Below, piece after piece: positions 49,073-60,280 of a DNA stretch of 64,000 bases (the first letter of the stretch is position 1; every line of letters begins with the position of its first letter). Both the position numbers and the translations under genes were made by a program. The DNA is taken from positions 5,216,001 through 5,280,000 of the forward strand of contig CP170459.1 in NCBI GenBank assembly GCA_047947115.1, given 5' to 3'. The stretch is from Verrucomicrobiota bacterium. Lineage in GTDB: Bacteria > Verrucomicrobiota > Verrucomicrobiia > Limisphaerales > AAA164-E04. Under the pieces are notes generated by a model that was not told the origin of the DNA, searched no databases, and worked only from the letters and a program-made list of their open reading frames with translations.

Positions 49073-52000
49073 TCACTCAGGTTCTGTCACCTCATACTCT
49101 CTTTGATCGTCGGGTTGAATGGAATGTTCGCTGATCCGGCCTTTGGGCCAAATCACCCGAAGTTTTACGGATGCGTTTGAGGAAGGGTCATGGGGAAAAC
49201 TGATCATCGGACTGGATTGAGACGCATATCCAGACTTGGCATGGATTTCGTAATACCGCTTCTCTCCCGACTTGAATTCCACTTCCAGACGACTCCCCGA
49301 CGCCCTTAGATTTCCCGGTTGCCCGACAAGTCGTATCGACCATCGCTTATTGTCCTGCCTGCTCTTGAACAACTTGGGAGCTCCATGATGGATACCAAAA
49401 ATCAATCCTGGAGCCAAATCACCCTCCCTACGCATCAACGCCAATGACCGCATTTCATCGAAGACCCTCAGTCCGGACTGTTGAAGGGGCATCATCACAA
49501 AACCACCCTTGCCATCTCCCAACAGCAACAGGGCCGTTCCAGCGGTCGAGGGGCCAAGTTCCGGTGATCTGGCATAGTCGTTTTGAGCAAGCAAGATGTC
49601 AGCGTTTCCGTCCGCGTTGAAATCGCTGATCAGCGATCCGTAGGAAGGAGCCAATTGGGATTCAACTGGTAGAGGTTTGAATTGAAACCTTCCTTTCCCG
49701 TCATTCCACAGCACCCCCGTATCGGATGTGGTTGTTTGAAACTTCATCGGGTCTTGAAGTTTGATGGCGTCCAGAAGTTGATCAAGTTGGATGTTAGTAA
49801 AGGAAGCGTAAGAAGGGAACAGTTTGTTGAGTTCGGGGATGCCAGCGAAGAGTGCGCTGCGGGTTCTGAGAGGGTAGGCTACGCCTCATGAGCTGTAGTA
49901 TTCAATGATCGCCCGCCTCCGGGTATCCTTCAAAAATCCCACGACAACACCGTGCGACAGGCCATGATTCCCGTGAACCGGTTCGTTGCGGCCCACGTTC
50001 GTCAAAAGAAAATCGATGTCTCCATCGTTATCCAGATCACCCGCCGACATTCCATTCCACCTCCCCTTAAGCAATCCCAATCCGGCCTCGCTTGTGGCCT
50101 CTTCCAGAATTCCCTCACGGTTGAGCCAAAGCCGAACCGATCCCCAATGGATGGCGACCAACAGATCGATCCAACCATCGGCATTCACATCGGACCAACA
50201 TGCCGACGCAACCATGCCGATTCGCCCCTGATCTTTCTTAGCCCAATCCGTATGACTCGAAAAGGTGCCCCCGTTATTGATGAGAACACCGCTGACAGGA
50301 GATGTTCCAAATGAACCGGGAACGGATCGATTGCCTACAAACAAATCCAAATCTCCATCCCGATCATAATCCGCAGCGGCAATAGTAGATCCGGAATTCA
50401 TTTCCCTTGCCCCTATTCCATCGGCTTTGATTTGAAACTCACCATTACCATCATTCAGATAAAGTCGATTCAGAGAAACATCGGCTCTTCCGGCAGGTGC
50501 AGGATTGTGAGCCACCACCAACAAATCCTCGTCCCCATCCACATCCACATCGAAAAACAAGGCGTCTCTATCGGCGTAGGAAACTCCCTGAATTCCATCG
50601 GGCAATTTTTGCTCGGTAAAAGCTCCGTTGGAAGATTGAATCATGAGATGCCCCGGCGCCACCATTGTTCCGCCGATGAAAAAATCCTCCAAACCATCCC
50701 GGTTCACATCCGCTACCGCCAAGGGCGGCCCCAAGTTACCCAATCTGGCCGGCAGCAATGGCTCAATGGAGAATTCATCATGGGGGATTCGACGATGCAA
50801 CAAAGACTGAGCTAAGGGATGAACTTCAAAGAGTGTTGAAGCGTCACTGACTGAACCATTGTTGGCAGCTCCATTGTGAAGCTTTCCCCCCTCTTCCTTA
50901 ACCGTAATCAGGACATTCTGGGGTGGATCTTGTATCACCTGAACACGTCCCCCTGGCCATTCGATGCGCAATAAGTCCTCCTGTGAACTCTCCTCGACCG
51001 CAAAATGAGCTACCGGTTCATCCGCCGACATGAATCCACTGTTGCTACCAATGACTCTGGTTTGTGTTATGCCACTGGAAACAAGCTGCACCTTCGCACC
51101 AAGTCCGAATTGATTGCTTTCGTTCCCTTGCAATCGCACCAGAAGACGCTGCCCTGAAGGGGTATCGTTGCGGAAAAGACTCACCGGGGCTTCCAGGTGT
51201 GTGATCAACAAATCCAAATCCCCATCACGATCCAGGTCCGCCACCGAAGACCCAAAACTGGCCTGCACACTATCCAGGCCCCATTGCGCACCGACTTCTT
51301 CAAATTGAAGCTGCCCGGCATTGCGAAACATCAAATCCCGTTCTCGATGAACCGGGTAGCCCCACCATTTGTCGTTCCCAACACGCCGCATCGTTTGAGA
51401 CATGTCACCGTGCAGGAAATCCCGAGCCATGCCATTGGAAATGAACAAATCCAAACGACCGTCGTGATCAAAATCCGCAAATTTTGGAGACCATGTCCAG
51501 TCCGTCTGACTCACTCCCGATAAATGTGCCGATTCGTAAACGCGGTCGATGCCGCTACCAAGATACAATGTATTTCTCCGAACCTGTTTCGGTAGGGTCT
51601 CCAGATAAAACCACCTCTCGCGATAAAGATCGTCATCAATCAGGTTGCGACGTGGGTGAGTGGACCCGGCCATATCAGTGGCCAACAGATCCATGTGACC
51701 GTCATTGTTCACATCTCCAATGGCTGTCCCCATCGAAGACCAGGGCATATAGGGCAAGGCATCGACGGCAACATTCTTAAAGGTTCCATCTCCCTGATTC
51801 GCGTAAAGTTTGTCTGCACCCTTGTAATCGTTACTAACATAGAGATCCGGTTTGCCGTCGTCATTGTAATCCCACCAGATCGCGGCCAATCCAATGTCGT
51901 TGCCTGCCACCCCTGCGTTCAGGGAAATATCGCGAAATCCTTTTCCTCCCTCGTTGCGGTATAGGTGATCGGCCTGCCCGACAATGAGGAGCTCGATACG

Positions 52001-52804
52001 ACCCCGCCCCTTGTTGATGGTCCCGAACAATTCCTGAAACTCGGGAGCCACCACGTATCCACTCTGACCACGAACCAGGATCCCGCGTTTGAAAGTATCC
52101 TGGGTCGTCTGCGGTAGTTTGGACTCAGGGCTATCCACATATCGATGCGTCACAAGGTAACCGTCCAGATAGCCATCCAAATCATAATCCGCAAAAGACA
52201 TCACGATACTGGCTCCGTTATAATCGAGACCAAAACCGTGCGCATCCTCCTTAAAACGTCCTTTGCCGTCATTCAGGAACAGCATGTTGGGGGAACGATA
52301 GGCACATACATAAAGATCCAAATCGCCATCATTCTCAATGTCTACAAAGGAAACACCCGTTGTCCACTTGCCATGTGTTTCAACCCCTGATTCGATGGTC
52401 ATGTCCTCAAACTTCATCCTGCCCATATTTCGATAGAGACGACCACCCTTGTTGTAATTCCCAATAAAAACATCGGGCAAACCGTCCCCATCCACATCTC
52501 CTGTGCAAACCCCCGCACTTGCGCCGAAATCCTGGAGCAAATGTAAATCCCCACCTTCAGGAAACTGATGCGTCAGATTCAGGCCTGTGATTTCAGCGGG
52601 CAGACTTTGAAACCGTTTTTCGCTGGGAAGTGCATCTGAAGGTTTCGAAACAGAAAGAGTCTGGCAACGGAATGCCTGATTGGCAGCCAGCGCCTTCTCG
52701 CCTTGTAATAAAAGCAAGAACGCGATCCAAGATTGAAAGCAACGGCGCACTTTTGGCATCATAAAATCAAAATTCGCATGAAGGTTGGAGAACCTTCCTA
52801 CCAA
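49073..52804 (-). pseudogene. FG-GAP/VCBS repeat + ASPIC/UnbV (CRTAC1-like) protein, duplicated architecture, interrupted by one in-frame TGA at 49886-49888
   Basis: ORFs 49886..52804 and 49073..49747 share a frame, and the 46 intervening codons are open and family-like. There are many DxDxDGxxD repeats and two ASPIC-like domains. Confidence 0.85.
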
Positions 52805-53175
52805 ATCCTAAAGGAGTATTCCAGAAAGAAGAGCATCTTAGGAAACATCATAATTTTCGGGGATTTCCATTTGCACCTTAAATGAGAAAACCTCTGCTCC
52901 GGGTCAACGGAGATCCGGATACAAGCAGTAATCCCCAAGAACATACTAAATCCACCTGCATCACACAAACCAAAGCATGCGCCTTAAAAATTACGAATGC
53001 ACTCAGAACCCCTAATAATCCAAAGCACCCCAATGCGCCATCAGGAAGAAAAAAAGATTGGTTATCACGGTGAGAAAGAGGATGATTAGGGAGTGAGTCG
53101 AAGGATTTTAACAAATCCACGAAGGAACACACCCCGTAAACATTTACAACTAACTGATAGCGTGTCATTTGATCC

Positions 53176-53727
53176 TTGAGAGGCTTTCATTACCATTTTG
53201 ATCTGAAGAGTCATGATCCTGGCCGTATCATTCCCGAACATGTCGAAATCGTACGGCATGAATGGGAAGAAGGGAGGCATTTGGTGCTTCGTCTATTGGC
53301 ATTTGTGGTCGCTTTTGAAGAAGGGATGGAGATCAATGGTCGCCCGCTGAGTGATGATGCCCCTTATCAACCGGCCTTTGGAAAATGGGATCTCGAAAAA
53401 CGTCCTCTGATCTGGGGGGAATGCGAACCAGGGGATTACAAACGCATCAAAAAAATATCCACAAAAGCAAGTGGCTGCCAGATAATGCTTTCCACCTCCT
53501 CTGAACCCATCGCAGTGGAATCATTGGCGGCACTCAAACGACAGAAACTTCGACCGGGGCGATACCGTATCCTCTTCTTTGATCCGGAGATGGTTCAGGA
53601 AATGATGGATCATCTTGACAGGCGCAATACGTTCACCTTGGTTCAGGCATCCCTTGAGCCGCCATCCTTCCAGTTTGATTTCAACGGATTGTGGTTTGAT
53701 ACCACCTTTGGCGAAATGAACTATTGA
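53176..53727 (+). CDS. YaeQ-like protein
   Basis: The pattern RHEWEE..HLVLRLLAF...DDAPYQP...WDL...IWGEC resembles YaeQ. TTG start. Confidence 0.65.
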   Translation: MRGFHYHFDLKSHDPGRIIPEHVEIVRHEWEEGRHLVLRLLAFVVAFEEGMEINGRPLSDDAPYQPAFGKWDLEKRPLIWGECEPGDYKRIKKISTKASGCQIMLSTSSEPIAVESLAALKRQKLRPGRYRILFFDPEMVQEMMDHLDRRNTFTLVQASLEPPSFQFDFNGLWFDTTFGEMNY

Positions 53728-53748
53728 GCAGACTAACCGTCAAAAAGC

Positions 53749-54378
53749 ATGGGCCGGATTGGTAAGGGCCAAGAAGATTCAAGCCAACTTTCTTTGCATA
53801 GCGCCACGGTGGCACCTCTGATCGCGCATCACCGTCAGGAAATCAACCTGTTTGTCACGATCATGCAAAGCGCAAAACAGACAGGTTTGTCGAGACTCAC
53901 GGCAACCGTTGAACCGGATTCAATTAAGGACACCATCATTCGAAGAAACAGGTTCCGCATCAGTCATGAAGAGGAAATAATGGAAGCGTCCATGAATCAC
54001 TGGAAACAGTCAGGAAATCAAGCGACCTTCATCGCAGATCCCGCATTGGATGCGATCGCTCGTGAATTTCGGGAAGAAGATTGGAATCAAATGCTGAAAC
54101 TCATCCAGCCACCCCGCCAAACCGGAGAGGCAACCTCCGTCATATACCCACTTCAAACCTCAGAACTTTGGAACCTAATGCAAGCTGCAATGGAAACGCC
54201 CCGGTCATTCGATGGCTTACTGCCTCCTCGCGTTCCGTCTATTTTGCTCTGGCCCGTTTTCTCGGAGGAACGTTTGGGGGCGAGGTGGCATTCGCACCTT
54301 AGGTTTCTAACATTTGAACGGCACCCCATCGTGGACAAGTCTCGTTTTTGTTTCGCCATCATTGGACTTGTGACCTAA
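53749..54378 (+). CDS. Hypothetical protein
   Basis: 209-aa ORF filling the gap between co-oriented genes; no motif recognised and the start is uncertain. Confidence 0.55.
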   Translation: MGRIGKGQEDSSQLSLHSATVAPLIAHHRQEINLFVTIMQSAKQTGLSRLTATVEPDSIKDTIIRRNRFRISHEEEIMEASMNHWKQSGNQATFIADPALDAIAREFREEDWNQMLKLIQPPRQTGEATSVIYPLQTSELWNLMQAAMETPRSFDGLLPPRVPSILLWPVFSEERLGARWHSHLRFLTFERHPIVDKSRFCFAIIGLVT

Positions 54379-54388
54379 TCTCACCGCG

Positions 54389-55408
54389 ATGGATCAAAAG
54401 ATCAAAGTGGCAGTGATCGGAACAGGTGCCCTTGGCAATCAGCACGCAAGACTTTACGCGGACATGCACCGTGAGGGTCTGGTGGAGTGTGTGGGTGTGT
54501 TTGACAAGAACGCATCCACAGCACGTGAAGTTGCCGGTCAACACCGGCTTCCCGCCCTCTCCTCAATGGAAGAAGCGACCCATCAAGCCCAGGCTTTCAG
54601 CATTGTCACACCGACCACGACTCACTTCGGCATCGCAAGTGCGCTTCTCAAGGAAGGCAAACACCTCCTGGTTGAGAAACCCATGACTGATAACACAGAA
54701 CAGGCCGCCCAGTTGGTTCAACTCTCACAGGAAAATAACTGTGTATTGCAAATCGGCCACGTGGAACGATTCAACCCCGTTTTCGCCTACCTCAACGAAT
54801 CCGCCAAGGAACCCAAATTCATCGAAACACACCGTCTGTCCCCCTACCCCGCCCGCAGCACGGACGTCGGCGTGGTACTCGATCTCATGATCCACGATCT
54901 CGACGTGGTGTTGGCATTTGTCAAATCACCTGTGGTCCAGGTGGACGCAGCCGGTGTCACGGTACTCAGCAATTCGGAAGACATCGCGAACGCACGATTG
55001 AAGTTTGAAAACGGTTGTGTCGCCAACCTCACCGTCAGTCGGATCAGCCCGGATCGCATGCGTAAGATCCGGGTGTTCAGTGGTGGGGAAAACGCCAGCT
55101 ATGTTTCCCTCGATTACCAGGCTCAGGAAGGATTCATCTACCGGGTAGCCAGCGAAGGCGAAACACCTTCCAGTTTCTGGACCCAACTGCTGGCCTCCAA
55201 GAAAAAGGACTTCAAAGTGGTCAGCGAATTCGCCGGCAAAAAAATCGTGCGCGAACCCGTTCCCATTAATAAGGAAGAACCGCTTAAGCTTGAACTCCGG
55301 CACTTCATCGAATGCGTCCTCGCCAAAAGCGAACCGGCCGTCAGCGGCGCCTCCGCCAAACAAGCTCTCGACCTGGCTCTGGAAATCACCCGCCAGATAC
55401 AAATGTAG
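54389..55408 (+). CDS. Gfo/Idh/MocA family oxidoreductase (GnnA-like subgroup)
   Basis: Motifs VIGTGALG, HLLVEKPM, GHVERFNP, DVGVVLDLMIHDLD and DIANARL. Confidence 0.88.
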   Translation: MDQKIKVAVIGTGALGNQHARLYADMHREGLVECVGVFDKNASTAREVAGQHRLPALSSMEEATHQAQAFSIVTPTTTHFGIASALLKEGKHLLVEKPMTDNTEQAAQLVQLSQENNCVLQIGHVERFNPVFAYLNESAKEPKFIETHRLSPYPARSTDVGVVLDLMIHDLDVVLAFVKSPVVQVDAAGVTVLSNSEDIANARLKFENGCVANLTVSRISPDRMRKIRVFSGGENASYVSLDYQAQEGFIYRVASEGETPSSFWTQLLASKKKDFKVVSEFAGKKIVREPVPINKEEPLKLELRHFIECVLAKSEPAVSGASAKQALDLALEITRQIQM

Positions 55409-55471
55409 CATGGTGAATTCAGCAGGGTGAATTTGGTTGTCGCGTTGCGGACAGAGTCATAGACTTCACGC

Positions 55472-56935
55472 ATGCAATCCATACTAACCTTATGGTGGCG
55501 GAGCTGTGTGTTCGCGGTTGTTTTTTGTGCTTTGGTGACGGGTCTTCAATCCCAGGAAACCAAACGCAAACCCAATGTCATTGTCTTTCTGGCCGATGAT
55601 CTCGGCTATCAGGAGCTGGGCTGTTACGGGCAGAAATACATCAAGACGCCCAACATCGACGCATTGGCCGCCAACGGCATGCGAATGACGCACTTTTACT
55701 CCGGCTCGCCGGTATGCGCTCCGTCGCGTGGCATGCTGTTGACCGGCAAGCACAGCGGTCATGCTTACGTGCGTGACAACCGTAATCCCAAAGGTCTGGA
55801 TGATATCAAAGCAACTTACCAATGGGAATTCCCCGGACAATATCCCATCCCGCCGGAAGAGGTCACTCTGGCCGAAGCACTCAAGTCGCAAGGCTACGCC
55901 ACCGGCGCCATGGGCAAATGGGGACTCGGACATTTCGGCACCACCGGAGATCCCAACAAGCAGGGATTCGACCTGTTCTATGGATTCAACTGCCAGGTCC
56001 ACGCCCACAATCATTATCCCAAATTTCTCTGGCGAAACGGCAAGAAGGAGGTCCTTCCCGGCAACGATCGCACCCTTTACGGAGAAACATTCTCCCAGGA
56101 TCGTTTCATCGAAGAAGCGGTCGGCTTCATCGACGCTCATCAGGATGATCCCTTCTTTCTGTTCATGCCCTTCACCATACCGCACCTGTCCATCCAGGTT
56201 CCTCAATGGGCTGTGGATTGGTATGCGGATGACATTGAAGAGGAAGCATACGAACATCGCGGCTATCTGAAACACCCCAAACCTCGTGCCGGATACGCCG
56301 CCATGGTGACCTATCTGGATTACGGAGTCGGATTGATCATGAACAAACTCCGCTCGCTCGGACTGGAAGAAGACACCCTGGTCATCTTCACCTCCGACAA
56401 CGGTCCTACTTATGACCGCCTGGGCGGCAGCGATTCGGATTTTTTCGAATCAGCAGGCGTTTTCAAAGGACTCAAAGGGAGCGTTTACGAAGGCGGAATC
56501 CGCGTGCCGATGGTGGCCAGTTGGCCAGGGAAAATTCCGGCAGGACAAACCACCGAAGAGCCCGCCGCCTTCTGGGATCTCATGCCCACCATTCTCAACA
56601 TGACCGGCAACAAGGAAGCCCTTCCTTCAGACGTGGATGGTATCAACCTGGCCCCTACCTTGCTCAGCAAAGGCAACCAGTCATCACATGCCTATCTTTA
56701 CTGGGAATTCCCAGCTTACGGGGGACAGCAAGCGCTGCGCATGGGCAACTGGAAAGCCGTCCGTCAAAACATCATCCGCAACGGCATTCAAACGGAACTT
56801 TACGAACTGAAAGACGACCCATCTGAAAGCACCAACCTGGCATCCAAACACCCATCCATCGTTTCCGAAATGGAAAAACTGATGAAAGAAGCCCGCGTTC
56901 CGTCTGAGATGTATCCATTCAAGAACCTCGACTAA
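55472..56935 (+). CDS. Secreted arylsulfatase (Cys-type)
   Basis: Motifs [34 protein letters not shown] and YEGGIRVP. Confidence 0.92.
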   Translation: MQSILTLWWRSCVFAVVFCALVTGLQSQETKRKPNVIVFLADDLGYQELGCYGQKYIKTPNIDALAANGMRMTHFYSGSPVCAPSRGMLLTGKHSGHAYVRDNRNPKGLDDIKATYQWEFPGQYPIPPEEVTLAEALKSQGYATGAMGKWGLGHFGTTGDPNKQGFDLFYGFNCQVHAHNHYPKFLWRNGKKEVLPGNDRTLYGETFSQDRFIEEAVGFIDAHQDDPFFLFMPFTIPHLSIQVPQWAVDWYADDIEEEAYEHRGYLKHPKPRAGYAAMVTYLDYGVGLIMNKLRSLGLEEDTLVIFTSDNGPTYDRLGGSDSDFFESAGVFKGLKGSVYEGGIRVPMVASWPGKIPAGQTTEEPAAFWDLMPTILNMTGNKEALPSDVDGINLAPTLLSKGNQSSHAYLYWEFPAYGGQQALRMGNWKAVRQNIIRNGIQTELYELKDDPSESTNLASKHPSIVSEMEKLMKEARVPSEMYPFKNLD

Positions 56936-56975
56936 ACCTCCCCCGTTCACTCACTTACCAGATCCACTGCAAAAC

Positions 56976-58430
56976 ATGAAAAAAGCAATCACAACCCTTA
57001 AAACCTTTCTGACGGCAGGGGCCCTGTGTTCCACAACCTTGAACACAATCGCCCAGCAACAACCTACCGGAGCCGAACTGTACGCCACGGCTTGCGCTCA
57101 GTGCCACGGCGCTCAATTGCAAGGCGGCCAGGCCCAGAGTCTGGTGGATGCCGTCTGGCAGTTCGGCTCGGGCCGCAGTCACATCTTCCGCAACGTGAAA
57201 TACGGCATCTCTGATTTCGCCATGCCCGCGTTCGAGGAAGCATTGTCCGATGACGCCATCAACCGCATCCTGGACTTTGTGTTCGAATCGGAAAAAACAT
57301 CAGGCGCACAAAAACCACCGTTTCCTGAGAAACTGTTTACACTTGATTACGAAGTAAAGGTAGAAAAAGTCGCAGAAGGCCTGGATATCCCCTGGGCCAT
57401 TGATTTTCTCGACGAACACCGCGCCCTGGTCACCGAACGCCCCGGCAGAGTCCGGCTGATCTCCAGCGGTCGCCTGCACCCCAATCCCATTGTTGGAATC
57501 CCCGAAGTGGTGCACGAGGGACAAGGAGGACTCCTCGATGTGTCGATCGATCCCGACTATGCCAGCACGGGTTGGATCTACCTTTCCTATAGTCACCTCC
57601 TGAACGACGCAGAGGGTGATCGCAAGCCCGCCATGACGCGCATCGTGCGAGGACGCCTGAAAGATCATCACTGGGTGGACCAGGAAACCATCTTTGAAGC
57701 GCCCCATGATCTGTACCTGACCACACGTCATCACTATGGCAGTCGAATCGTCTTTGATCCCAATGGTTATCTCTACTTCTCCATCGGAGATCGAGGCAAT
57801 TCAAACCAGGCCCAGGACATCACCCGTCCAAATGGAAAAATCCACCGCATCCACAAGGACGGATCCATTCCCACCGACAATCCATTTGTCGGACGCGATG
57901 ACGCCATCCCCTCCATATTCACTTTTGGAAACCGTAACCCGCAAGGGCTTGCCGTACACCCGGGAACCGGTCAGGTCTGGGAAGCGGAACACGGTCCCAT
58001 GGGAGGCGACGAGCTCAACCTCATCCGGGGCGGCAGCAATTATGGTTGGCCATCGATCACCTATGGACGCAACTACGATGGTGGCATCGTTTCAGACTTC
58101 CGCACCCGCGAGGGCATGGCGGCTCCCGCGCTCTACTGGAAACCATCCATCGCAGTTTGTGGCATTCATTTTGCCAATAGTCCTCTTTTTCCGAAATGGA
58201 AGAACAAACTTCTGGTGGGTGCATTGAAGTTCGAGGAAGTGCGCCTGTTGGACATTCAGGACGACCGGGTCATGCATCAGGAAATCATCCTCAAAAATGC
58301 CGGACGCGTGCGCGATGTCAACAGCGCACCCGACGGGGCCATCTACGTGGTGACCAACGGCCCCGATGCCGTGCTGAAATTGTCTCCCATCCGCGATGTC
58401 AACCTCGACTCCGAAGAATCCATCCGATGA
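56976..58430 (+). CDS. PQQ-dependent sugar dehydrogenase (GSDH family) with N-terminal cytochrome c
   Basis: Motifs CAQCH...AMP, VTERPG, GQGGLLDV, HYGSRI, GNRNPQG, EHGPMGGDELN, NYGWP and RVRDV. Confidence 0.92.
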   Translation: MKKAITTLKTFLTAGALCSTTLNTIAQQQPTGAELYATACAQCHGAQLQGGQAQSLVDAVWQFGSGRSHIFRNVKYGISDFAMPAFEEALSDDAINRILDFVFESEKTSGAQKPPFPEKLFTLDYEVKVEKVAEGLDIPWAIDFLDEHRALVTERPGRVRLISSGRLHPNPIVGIPEVVHEGQGGLLDVSIDPDYASTGWIYLSYSHLLNDAEGDRKPAMTRIVRGRLKDHHWVDQETIFEAPHDLYLTTRHHYGSRIVFDPNGYLYFSIGDRGNSNQAQDITRPNGKIHRIHKDGSIPTDNPFVGRDDAIPSIFTFGNRNPQGLAVHPGTGQVWEAEHGPMGGDELNLIRGGSNYGWPSITYGRNYDGGIVSDFRTREGMAAPALYWKPSIAVCGIHFANSPLFPKWKNKLLVGALKFEEVRLLDIQDDRVMHQEIILKNAGRVRDVNSAPDGAIYVVTNGPDAVLKLSPIRDVNLDSEESIR

Positions 58431-60178
58431 CTCACGCTCGTCTGATCAGCCTGGCCATCGGTATCCTTCAGTGGGGAGCCCACGCGCTCTGCTTCGGCGC
58501 GACCTCCAAGTTGAAGCAACCCATTGCACTGGCATGGTTAGAGGAGACGCAAACTCTTTGGGCGGCAACCAAGAATGACCAGAGCATCCTTCGAGTTCAT
58601 GTTGATTCAAAAGCCTGGGAACGGGTCTTTCAGGTTGAATCACCGCTGACGGATCTGCACAGAATCCCCGGCACAAGCACACTCGCGGCCCTGCAATCTT
58701 CACCGGGGAGGATCTATTTATTCGACACCGCAAGGCAGGAAGCACCCGTTAATATAGCTTCCTTCTCGATTCCTTCCTACGCCGAAAACATCGTCAGTTC
58801 TCCGGATGGCAGGTGCTTGTATGTCCTCCACCGCTGGAACCATCTGGCAACCATCCTGGAACAAACAAACGAACCTTCGCCTGAAGGAATACCGGATTAT
58901 CGCGTTCGGCAATGTATTCAGCTTCCATTTGCCCCCGGCAGCCAACTACTCGTTTCCGATTCGGATACCTGGATCATCACGGCGGCTTTTGGCGGAGGCA
59001 TGGCGTTATTGAACCCGCACACGGGAACCCTCCAATCCACCCTTGAACGTTCCATTCACAACATCCGGGACATGGTTTTGGATCGCGAACACCATAACAT
59101 ATGGATGGCCCACCAAACCCTTCACCCAAATGCTACCACCCTGCGGGGAGACATCCAGTGGGGATTCCTGATGGAAAACAAGGTCAGCGGATTTTCTGTC
59201 AAAAACCTGACAACCGATTACTCAAGCTCCGAACCGCTGCAACCCAAGGGCCAACTCGAACGCCCCGGTAACGCGGCGGGTGACCCCGAAGCGCTTCTAT
59301 GGACGGATCAGGATGAAATGGTGATCGCTCTCGCGGGAGTGGGAGAGGTGGCCGTGATGCGTCGGGACACGACGCAAGTGTATCGTTCAGGAGTGGGACG
59401 TCGACCAAGTGCCCTGGCTTATGACAAGACCGGACGCCGTGTATTTGTCGCCAACACCCTCTCGGATTCGATATCCATTTTGAAACTGGATCCAGCTCCT
59501 CAGCTATCATCGACAATACGCCTGGGCCGCCTCAAGGAATTGTCGGAACTCGCGCAGGGGGAGCGTTTGTTTTTCGATGCGCATCAGTCGTTTCATGGAT
59601 GGTTCAGTTGTCACAGTTGCCACACCGACGGTCACGCCAACGGCATGCTGAATGACAACGAGGCAGATGGAGGATTCGGAGCGCCCAAGAAAGTATTGTC
59701 GTTATTGGGTGTGGCCGATACCGCCCCCTGGAGTTGGCTGGGCAAGCGAAATGATCTCGTTGAACAGGCCCACCGCTCCATCCAAACCACCATGAGGGAA
59801 ATCCCGACTCAGGAAAAAGCGAAGGCCCTGAGTGCTTACATGAAAACACTTCCACCGGCTCCCCCCCTTAAGCCCGACCTGCCGCCACGCAGGATCAATC
59901 AGGGAATGGAACTCTTCGAGCGCCTTCGATGTGACGAGTGCCATCTTCCTCCCACTTATACGGACGAGGATGTTTACGATGTGGGCATTCCGGACGCATC
60001 AGGTTCTGTGGCGTTCAATCCCCCGTCACTGCTTGGAGTCTCCCAACGCACCCATTTCCTGCACGATGGACGTATCAAAGACCTCAAGGATGTCTTCACC
60101 AAGCAAAAACACATGCTGGAAAAAGACCTGTCGCCTCAGGAACTCGCTCTGCTGCTCGATTTCCTACAATCCCTCTGA
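58427..60178 (+). CDS. YncE-like beta-propeller fused to di-heme cytochrome c peroxidase-type domain
   Basis: Motifs VFVANTLSDSISIL, GERLFFD, SCHSCH, TAPWSW, CDECH and PSLLGV..FLHDGR. ATGA overlap with the upstream gene. Confidence 0.85.
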   Translation: MTHARLISLAIGILQWGAHALCFGATSKLKQPIALAWLEETQTLWAATKNDQSILRVHVDSKAWERVFQVESPLTDLHRIPGTSTLAALQSSPGRIYLFDTARQEAPVNIASFSIPSYAENIVSSPDGRCLYVLHRWNHLATILEQTNEPSPEGIPDYRVRQCIQLPFAPGSQLLVSDSDTWIITAAFGGGMALLNPHTGTLQSTLERSIHNIRDMVLDREHHNIWMAHQTLHPNATTLRGDIQWGFLMENKVSGFSVKNLTTDYSSSEPLQPKGQLERPGNAAGDPEALLWTDQDEMVIALAGVGEVAVMRRDTTQVYRSGVGRRPSALAYDKTGRRVFVANTLSDSISILKLDPAPQLSSTIRLGRLKELSELAQGERLFFDAHQSFHGWFSCHSCHTDGHANGMLNDNEADGGFGAPKKVLSLLGVADTAPWSWLGKRNDLVEQAHRSIQTTMREIPTQEKAKALSAYMKTLPPAPPLKPDLPPRRINQGMELFERLRCDECHLPPTYTDEDVYDVGIPDASGSVAFNPPSLLGVSQRTHFLHDGRIKDLKDVFTKQKHMLEKDLSPQELALLLDFLQSL

Positions 60179-60280
60179 GCTCATAATAGAGTCTGGATAA
60201 GGGGGGGAGCTATCAGGCACCCCCTGAATGGCTGCGTCCAAAAAAAAATCTGGATCTCATCTCTGGCTTTTCATTAGCTT

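Noticed and set aside
49840..49888. Selenocysteine insertion with a SECIS at the in-frame TGA
   Set aside because: The nearest hairpins are either too close or lack the apical-loop G, and the site is not in a redox or Cys-type motif. It is unsupported, though not formally excluded.
49886..49888. Alternative genetic code (TGA = Trp or Gly)
   Set aside because: argA, aroC, uvrA and others end correctly at TGA, and no other gene shows internal TGA.
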